Shown in pieces: positions 57,329 through 64,000 of a stretch of 64,000 nt of DNA (position 1 is the first letter of the stretch; the number at the start of each line of letters is the position of its first letter). The notes beneath the pieces were generated by a model. It searched no databases. It worked only from the letters and a program-made list of their open reading frames with translations, and was not told the DNA's origin. The DNA is taken from positions 392,722 to 456,721 of the forward strand of contig CBFHTA010000001.1 in NCBI GenBank assembly GCA_965658655.1. Direction: 5' to 3'. The DNA is from Candidatus Babelota bacterium. Lineage in GTDB: Bacteria; Babelota; Babeliae; Babelales; CAIQNR01. The translations under genes and the position numbers were made by a program.

Positions 57329-58066
57329 ATGAAAATAAAAATATTCTTATCTTTGTCTCTTCTCTGTTTTTCTCTTCAAGCAGCTGATGATGCAAAGGAA
57401 CTCTCTCTTGAAAGTGTTAGCGGTCGTATAGATATACTAGCGGGGGAATTGGGTGGCTTTAACGAAAGATTCGATAGAATAGAAAAGACTTTAAACGGTT
57501 TAAATGATCGTTTTGCTCCAAAAGGTGACTATCTTGCTCCCGATGCACTTGATGCGTATGTAACAACTCAGGTTTTTAATGCACAGTGCACTCAGAAAAC
57601 ACAAAGCGTTGATGATATACAACAACTATTAGATAAAAAAATTGAAGAAGTAAAAGAAAGCACAAAGCTTACAGGGGCAGAGATTCTTGCGTTGCTTGTA
57701 GGCAAAGAAAGCGAAGAGGGTTCTTTTATGGGTCAACTTGCTGCTGAATTGGTACCATCACTTACTGTTCCTGGAAGTAGCGTACGAAACAGTCTAACAA
57801 CAGCTGCGGCAGAAGATAAAGATGCGTGGAATAAAAAACATCCAAAAACTGGTGTACTTGGCATGGGTTCACGTAGACCATCTTTACATGCTGATTCGAC
57901 TGATACAGCTGTTGGAGGTAAAAGGAAGCAATCATTGAGCCAAAGAATAGGAAGCTTCAGAAGAAAAAGCAAAGCTTCTGTAGATAAAACCGTTCCTACA
58001 GAATCAAATGAAGATGGAGCTAGTTTCATTGCCCCTTCTGACCATAAAGATGACGAAACTGTGTAA
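57329..58066 (+). CDS. Hypothetical secreted protein (coiled coil plus disordered Ser/basic tail)
   Basis: MKIKIFLSLSLLCFSLQA signal peptide; AAGGA SD. Confidence 0.75.
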   Translation: MKIKIFLSLSLLCFSLQAADDAKELSLESVSGRIDILAGELGGFNERFDRIEKTLNGLNDRFAPKGDYLAPDALDAYVTTQVFNAQCTQKTQSVDDIQQLLDKKIEEVKESTKLTGAEILALLVGKESEEGSFMGQLAAELVPSLTVPGSSVRNSLTTAAAEDKDAWNKKHPKTGVLGMGSRRPSLHADSTDTAVGGKRKQSLSQRIGSFRRKSKASVDKTVPTESNEDGASFIAPSDHKDDETV

Positions 58067-58089
58067 TTAATATTTTATTTTTGTTATCT

Positions 58090-58121
58090 AAAAAGGCTCT
58101 CAATTGTGAGGGCCTTTTTTT
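58090..58121. terminator. Bidirectional intrinsic terminator
   Basis: AAAAAGGCTCTCA-ATTG-TGAGGGCCTTTTTTT. Confidence 0.8.
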
Positions 58122-58237
58122 AGTTTATCTTTGTCTGTTTAATTGGGATAGGGATTATGAAGACAATTCAGCTGCACAAATATTGAGATTTGTTTCTAGT
58201 GTAAGTGAATTTAGAGCAGCTGAATTATAATCTGGTT

Positions 58238-59392
58238 TTATCCAAGAAACTTTTTAAAGAATCCTAAAATACTGTTGCCACCATCGGCTACATCGGTTCC
58301 AATTTCTTCAAAGTAATCGCCCAAAGCTTTTTTAGCAGCGGGTGATATTTTTTTAGGAATATGGCATTTAGTTATAACAACTAAGTTGCCGCGTACTTTG
58401 TTTCTTAAGTTTACAAAACCTTTTCCAGGAACCGTAACTTTTTCTCCAACAGGGCAACCCTTGGGAATCTTAATGGTATGTTTTGTGCCATCAATACTTT
58501 CTATCTCTACTTGAGATCCAAGTACAAGCTGTGGGTAAGTGACCATTACAGAGCATACAAGATCGTTGTCTATACGCTTGAATTTTTTATCTGGCATTAT
58601 ACGGATTTTTAAAAAAAGATCGCCAGATGGACCGCCATACACACCAGCATCACCTTTACCAGAAATGCGTAGCTCTGCGTCGTTGTATACACCTGCAGGA
58701 ATGTTTACAGAGAATTTATCGTATTTTTGTACGCGTGATTGTCCCTTACAATTTCTGCATGGTGAAGGAATTTTAAATCCTTGTCCACCACAGGGAGAAC
58801 AAGGTTGAGAGAATGCAAAAAATCCTTGGCGTGTTTGTGTTTGGCCAGCACCACCACAACTTGAACAAGTTGCAACTTTAGTGCCTGGTTCCATACCTTT
58901 ACTCTTACATATGTCGCAATTTTCAAAATGATAAAAATTGATTTCTTCTTTTTTACCAAGATAGGCATCTTTTAAAGTGATAGAAACTTCTTTAGAAAGA
59001 TCGTGACCACGTTTTGGCTCTGGTCCTGCAGCTCCTGAACGTTTGCGACGACCGCCGCCAAACATGTCTCCCATTCCGCCCATGCCACCAAAAATGTCAC
59101 CGAACTGTTCAAAGATGTCGTCCATATTCATGTGAGGACCACCAGCTCCGCCACCGCCCATGCCTTGGAATCCTGCATGACCAAATTGATCATATTGTTG
59201 ACGCTTACTGTCGTCAGACAAAATTTCATAGGCTTCTGCAGCTTCTTTAAATTTATCTTCTGCAGCTTTATTATCTGGATTTCTATCGGGATGATACTTT
59301 AAAGCGAGTTTTCGATAGGCTGCTTTAATGTCAGCTTTAGTTGCAGAACGGTCAACACCAAGAATGTCGTAAAAATCTTTTTTATTACTCAT
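58238..59392 (-). CDS. dnaJ: Chaperone DnaJ
   Basis: HPD J-domain, G/F-rich region, CxxCxGxG zinc-finger repeats. Confidence 0.97.
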   Translation of the reverse strand: MSNKKDFYDILGVDRSATKADIKAAYRKLALKYHPDRNPDNKAAEDKFKEAAEAYEILSDDSKRQQYDQFGHAGFQGMGGGGAGGPHMNMDDIFEQFGDIFGGMGGMGDMFGGGRRKRSGAAGPEPKRGHDLSKEVSITLKDAYLGKKEEINFYHFENCDICKSKGMEPGTKVATCSSCGGAGQTQTRQGFFAFSQPCSPCGGQGFKIPSPCRNCKGQSRVQKYDKFSVNIPAGVYNDAELRISGKGDAGVYGGPSGDLFLKIRIMPDKKFKRIDNDLVCSVMVTYPQLVLGSQVEIESIDGTKHTIKIPKGCPVGEKVTVPGKGFVNLRNKVRGNLVVITKCHIPKKISPAAKKALGDYFEEIGTDVADGGNSILGFFKKFLG

Positions 59393-59491
59393 ACGTCTCT
59401 ATAAACCTTTTAGCATGGGATAAACTATCACCTTAGTATAGCATAAAAGCATAGAGAGCGAAATTGGGAATTTAAGTTAAAATTATAGTGA

Positions 59492-60259
59492 TTAAATCTG
59501 TGTATCATCTAGGGCCATAGTTTTTTTCTTAAGTGCAAGCAGATTAGGTAAAACATCACCATCGCTTCCTGCCGCGTGCTTGAGTGCTTCTTCTGTCTGA
59601 CTTAAAAGATCTTTGAGTCTGCCTTGGTCTCCTCCAATTAAGTGTATGGTTTCTTGTGTTTCATAGTTTTTGTGGACGTCAAGAATTTCTCCTACTCTCT
59701 TAGTAGTAGATTCGTCTGCGGGATCTTCTATCATAGCACCCCATGCTTGTGCGTATGTACAGATAGTTGTAATGGTTGTCCAAGTTGCTTTTCTTTTTTC
59801 AATTTCTGTAATTCCATTTTCTAAATATGTTATTGCTTTGTTATTAGATATTGTTTTGCGTTCTCTTTTATACCGCTTAAGCGACGACTGCATTGTTTCA
59901 ATGCTTTTTGTAGCTGGCTCAATGCGTTCTTTTATTATTCTGGCTTTAAAGTCTTCTGGCTTACTATTTTTACAAAAAATTGTATCTTCAATTTTTGTTT
60001 TAAAAGGTTTATCACAAGAAGCGCATTGGCCCCTTGTTAAGAGTTTGGGCGTACAGGTTTTGCAGCAGAGGGAATGGTCTAGAGCCTGTGAACAAAGATT
60101 GGTAAGAGTTGTTTCATTGCTTCTTTTTTCTCCACAAATAATACAGCAATTAAGAAGATTTTCGTCATTATAATTATCAATAAATTGGGCATCGGCAGTT
60201 ATGGTAAGTGTGGTTATGGTTCCACTATAAAGTAGAAGGAGAAGGAATGATTGTTTCAT
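59492..60259 (-). CDS. Secreted protein with RING-like zinc finger and coiled coil
   Basis: C39-x2-C42-x13-C56-x5-H62-x3-C66-x2-C69-x9-C79-x2-C82 after a signal peptide. Confidence 0.7.
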   Translation of the reverse strand: MKQSFLLLLLYSGTITTLTITADAQFIDNYNDENLLNCCIICGEKRSNETTLTNLCSQALDHSLCCKTCTPKLLTRGQCASCDKPFKTKIEDTIFCKNSKPEDFKARIIKERIEPATKSIETMQSSLKRYKRERKTISNNKAITYLENGITEIEKRKATWTTITTICTYAQAWGAMIEDPADESTTKRVGEILDVHKNYETQETIHLIGGDQGRLKDLLSQTEEALKHAAGSDGDVLPNLLALKKKTMALDDTQI

Positions 60260-60428
60260 ACAAGTCCCAAAAAGAGTTTTTAAAAAAGGGTACGGAGAGA
60301 TTGTTTTAAAGTAAATGTTTTTGAGTATTACAATTGTTTTAAAACTTTTGTTTGTAGTAAACCTATATTCTTTAGGGTTGTGATTTGCTCATATTAGAGG
60401 GTCTTGTTTATAGAAAGAACAATTCTGA

Positions 60429-61331
60429 TTAAAGTGTTATTCGATCGCTATCTATAAATTTAGAAAGTACGCGGCGTTTAAATAAACGTTTGCTGTCAAC
60501 GTGTAAAACATTATGAAGAAGATAATTTATATTGTCTCCATAGTACACGTACAAAGACTTGTGCGGGAAATCTATTTGGTGTTTGGCCATCTGTTTAAAT
60601 ACATGCTTTTTTGCATGGTAAAAGAAACCTATTTCTGTGTTATTGAGTGCCCCAAATTCTTTATTGAGTGCACTCAATATTTTAAAGTCGTGCGATGCCA
60701 AAAAGTGGTAGCGGCCTGAGGCACAGAGTTTACGTGCGTTTTGTAAATAATTTTCAGAAACGAGCGACCAATGTTTTATGTCACCAGAATAAAAACCTTT
60801 AACTAAACGAACGTGTCCATCCATGGCAAGTACGCGGTCTATTTTTTGATGACAGCTTTTGTTGTAGGTGCAAATAGTTAATCCAACATTGTTAAAGCCA
60901 TTTACACGTGCTTTTTTGTACATATCAAATTCGTAGTCTAAGTCGCGTGGCTTTACTGCGCTAATCCACACAAAGACGTTATTTTTTTGTGCGCGTTGCA
61001 ATAGAGACATAAAGTTTTGTTCTTGCTCGCGATCGCTATTGCCTATTTGGCGCAGTTTAACGGATATTTTGCTGCGTTTAAACATATCTGGTTCATTTTT
61101 ATCTTGTAGGGCAATGCGGTCAACTAACTTGTAAAAATCTTTAATATATTCGTGCTTGCTATAAAATACCGGCTTTAAGCTCAGAGAGACTTTAAAGTTA
61201 TGGTTGTACGCGGTTTCGACTTTTTTGTCTATGGTGCTGATGTCTTCTCTCAGGTCAAGGTCGAGATGTTTAAAGAAGTAAAGAGAGCTGGTTAGGCACA
61301 GAAGGGTGAGTGTAACCTTTTTTATCTTAAT
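60429..61331 (-). CDS. Proline-dehydrogenase-like flavoprotein fold, probable ATT start and signal peptide
   Basis: ISVKL, RLVKGFY, ASHD, LYVYYG; frame stays open 82 codons upstream of the track start (61085), up to ATT at 61331 located 7 nt after AAGGAG. Confidence 0.7.
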   Translation of the reverse strand: MKIKKVTLTLLCLTSSLYFFKHLDLDLREDISTIDKKVETAYNHNFKVSLSLKPVFYSKHEYIKDFYKLVDRIALQDKNEPDMFKRSKISVKLRQIGNSDREQEQNFMSLLQRAQKNNVFVWISAVKPRDLDYEFDMYKKARVNGFNNVGLTICTYNKSCHQKIDRVLAMDGHVRLVKGFYSGDIKHWSLVSENYLQNARKLCASGRYHFLASHDFKILSALNKEFGALNNTEIGFFYHAKKHVFKQMAKHQIDFPHKSLYVYYGDNINYLLHNVLHVDSKRLFKRRVLSKFIDSDRITL

Positions 61332-61362
61332 GATTCATCTCCTTAGATAAGAATTAGTAAGA

Positions 61363-62262
61363 TTATAACGTCTTTCTGAGTCTCTCATATAATGCTATGT
61401 CGGCACAAGAGTAATAGATATCTCCTTTATAAGCCGGCACAAAACAGGGAGCGTCTTCTTTATAATTAAATTTGAGCTTTAATTCATTATAAATGTCTAA
61501 GACAGTGGTTGTTTTTCCGGTCCCAATGTTTATAGGTTGTCCGTTACATTTATCTTTAGGTAACAGAGCAAGATGCATATTTGCTTTTACTACTTGTGTT
61601 ACTGGAATAAAGTCTCTACTTTGGTTGCCATCTCCAAAAATAGTAACGAGTTTATTTTCTGCCATAAGTTGAGAAAATTTTGCAAATACACCTGCGTAGG
61701 GTCCAGATGCACTTTGGCGTTCTCCAATTACATTAAAATAACGTAAACAAACAGAAGGGACACCATCGATTAAACCCGCGTATTGTTGGCAGAGAAGTTC
61801 TCCTATCCATTTAGAAGATGCGTAGGGTGATGCTGGATTACAAGGTGTAGTTTCTGCACAGGGAGTTGTTTGTTGTCCATATACAGCACAAGAAGAAGAT
61901 AATACAAAACGTTGTATTTTGTTTTTTCTCGCTGCATTTAAAAGATTAAAGGTTCCCGTAACATTCACCTCGTGGCAAAATTCTGGTTCGTGCATAGAGA
62001 GTGCAACAGATACACATGCGGCTAGATGAAAAATATAGTCTGATTCTTTGCTTGCGTTTAAACAAGTTTCTGAATCTCGAATGTCCCCTTCAATAAATGT
62101 GATAGATTTAATTGATTGTGCAAGGTTTTCTTTGTTACCCGTAGAAAGGTTATCAAGAACCGTAACTTTTGCTTCTGCCTTTACCAATGCATCAACTAGA
62201 TGTGATCCTATGAACCCTGCTCCCCCGGTTACTAACACTTTCTTGTTCTTGTATTGCTTCAT
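61363..62262 (-). CDS. NAD-dependent sugar epimerase/dehydratase (extended SDR)
   Basis: VTGGAGFIGSH, FHLAA, SPYASSK (YxxxK), LRYFNV, GNQSRDF. Confidence 0.93.
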   Translation of the reverse strand: MKQYKNKKVLVTGGAGFIGSHLVDALVKAEAKVTVLDNLSTGNKENLAQSIKSITFIEGDIRDSETCLNASKESDYIFHLAACVSVALSMHEPEFCHEVNVTGTFNLLNAARKNKIQRFVLSSSCAVYGQQTTPCAETTPCNPASPYASSKWIGELLCQQYAGLIDGVPSVCLRYFNVIGERQSASGPYAGVFAKFSQLMAENKLVTIFGDGNQSRDFIPVTQVVKANMHLALLPKDKCNGQPINIGTGKTTTVLDIYNELKLKFNYKEDAPCFVPAYKGDIYYSCADIALYERLRKTL

Positions 62263-63565
62263 TATCTTTTCCTGCTAATTGTTCTGCCATTGTTTTGCCA
62301 TCGAGTACCGCTTCTTGCATGCTTGAATATTTCCATGCACCATAACGCCCAATAGAATAAATTTTTTCTGTTTCGAGTGTGTTCAAAAGTAATGGTAAAT
62401 TTTTCTCTCTCCAGAAATCAAATACTACATACGCATGAGAGATAAACATAGTTCTTTGTGTAATAACTTGAGCATCAGAAACTTGTAGCAATTCTCTTGT
62501 GGCTTTTTTCCCATCTTCAACAATAGTTTTAATTTGCTCTGGTTTTTTATGTAAGTATGCATACTCTCCATAAACAGAGCTACAACCGTTTGGCACCATG
62601 CTGTTTGAAAAGTTGTGGTAAAATCCCATGCGATAATGGGGGAATTTGCTTTCTGGTAAGTATACCCAGTGTTTATCTGAAACGTTATCTGACTGTATTC
62701 CCAAATTAAAGTTAGCAACTGAGTTGCATAAAAGTTTTGGTGCTGCTTTTTTTAATGAGCTACTTGAAGCTTCTTTTGTCATGTTAAGTAAAGTGTCGAG
62801 CGGTATGGTGTTTACTAATGTTTCGTACTTTTCGAAATCGCCATTGGTAAAGGTTATTACTTTGTTTTTAGTATCAATAGATTCTACACAGTATTTTGTG
62901 TGTATTTCTGTTTTAACCTGTTCTGCAAATTTTTTAATCCAATAATTTATACCCCCTGTTTTAGGGTATAAAAATTGCCCGTTGTATCCAGTGCTACTAT
63001 TGGTTGTTGGTGCGGCAATACCCGCGATAATATCTTCTAAAGAAGTATCAGGGACAAATCGGCTGGTCCACGACGCTGCAATTTTTTTGCTGTCGTAGGC
63101 AAAGATTTTTTGTTGGTAGGGTGCAAAGAAATGCTTTACAATGCCGGCGCCAAATTTTCTTACTGCCCAATCATAAAACGTTTCATTGGTTTGTTCTTCT
63201 TTTGGTCGGAGGACGAATCCTTCTATACATTCGGCTATTACATCGATCGGTAAACCATGCAAATTAGATTGGAATGGATAATGTGTATAGGTGTTGTGTG
63301 AATATACATAAGAACGTCTTTTAATAGTGTTAAAAGATTCAAGGCCTACGATTTCTTTTAATAGTGTACTAAAGTAGGGATCGCTGCTGTGCAAAAGATG
63401 CCCTGTGTAATCAAAGGTAAAACCGTCTTGCTCAACAGAACGACAGAGCCCTCCAATGGTGCGCTCTTTTTCGTAAATTTTAAAATCGGTGAATCCAAGT
63501 TTTTCTAAATGATAAGCGGTCGAAAGCCCTGTAAGACCTGCCCCAATAATAACAACGCGCGCCAT
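62192..63565 (-). CDS. FAD-dependent oxidoreductase (protoporphyrinogen oxidase / UDP-galactopyranose mutase-like)
   Basis: IIGAGLTGL, GGLCRS..DGFTFDYTGH, FLYPKTGG, IGRYGAWKY. Confidence 0.85.
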   Translation of the reverse strand: MARVVIIGAGLTGLSTAYHLEKLGFTDFKIYEKERTIGGLCRSVEQDGFTFDYTGHLLHSSDPYFSTLLKEIVGLESFNTIKRRSYVYSHNTYTHYPFQSNLHGLPIDVIAECIEGFVLRPKEEQTNETFYDWAVRKFGAGIVKHFFAPYQQKIFAYDSKKIAASWTSRFVPDTSLEDIIAGIAAPTTNSSTGYNGQFLYPKTGGINYWIKKFAEQVKTEIHTKYCVESIDTKNKVITFTNGDFEKYETLVNTIPLDTLLNMTKEASSSSLKKAAPKLLCNSVANFNLGIQSDNVSDKHWVYLPESKFPHYRMGFYHNFSNSMVPNGCSSVYGEYAYLHKKPEQIKTIVEDGKKATRELLQVSDAQVITQRTMFISHAYVVFDFWREKNLPLLLNTLETEKIYSIGRYGAWKYSSMQEAVLDGKTMAEQLAGKDNEAIQEQESVSNRGSRVHRITSS

Positions 63566-63674
63566 ACGTCTCCTTTTTATGTTGCGAAGTGTGTGTTGCC
63601 TAGTTATAGAATGAAAGTTTTGGTGTGTCTAGTTTTGTATGTGTACCATAATTGCAATTAACTGAACGAGCCTT

Positions 63675-63977
63675 ATGATTATAAAAAAATTATATATTTC
63701 ATCATTGCTTATAGCACAAGTTTGTTACGGAGCAGATGAGAATCTTTTTGTTAAAATATGTAAAGGTATGGAAGTGCAACAAGGTGATAGATAGATTTGT
63801 TGCGATGCTTTTGCAGTAGGTACCTATGCAGTATTAACGGTAAGTTATTTGTATTTTGGTTATTCTTTTGGGAGAGAACGACGATTATATTTAGCTAAAG
63901 ACCCATATCAGTGTGATGTATATACATTACAAAATGGTTGGAGGAATCATAGAAAAATACAATTCTTTAGCCAATGA
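63675..63977 (+). pseudogene. Secreted/membrane protein gene interrupted by an in-frame TAG
   Basis: MIIKKLYISSLLIAQVCYGA leader; TAG at 63792-63794; frame stays open with a TM segment to TGA at 63975-63977. Confidence 0.55.
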
Positions 63978-64000
63978 AATTATTAACTAAGATGCCGTGT

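Overview
AT-rich bacterial chromosome window with standard code 11. No integrase, transposase, rRNA or CRISPR array was seen. The gene mix suggests an intracellular parasite of protists, most likely Ca. Dependentiae/Babelota (TM6); this is an inference from many orphan 'MKK-hydrophobic' signal-peptide proteins, secreted ankyrin/RING/lectin proteins and a reduced housekeeping set. Housekeeping content: a partial cysteine synthase, a GT4, the F0 part of ATP synthase, a FolC-like gene, tsaC, rbfA, rpsU, gltX, an ABC-2 exporter, an Omp85 protein, potABCD, metG, topA, batABCDE, an M23 peptidase, lepB, tRNA-Cys, tRNA-Leu, HU, sufCBDS plus a detached sufU/iscU, nurA, dnaJ and sugar-nucleotide enzymes. 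Most notable observations: (1) a 319-aa ATP synthase c subunit made of four fused hairpins, one lacking the ion-binding Glu; (2) two tandem arrays of secreted-protein genes with conserved leader/flank DNA but divergent cores; (3) an inverted pair of GC-rich structured repeats upstream of gltX; (4) features the ORF track missed, including a 40-aa His/Cys-tailed membrane peptide, a 20-aa leader ORF, a probable ATT start codon and an amber-interrupted gene; (5) eukaryote-like candidate effectors (RING, cyanovirin-like lectin, ankyrin, PKA-motif and Inc-like proteins). All calls come from reading motifs by eye; no searches were run.
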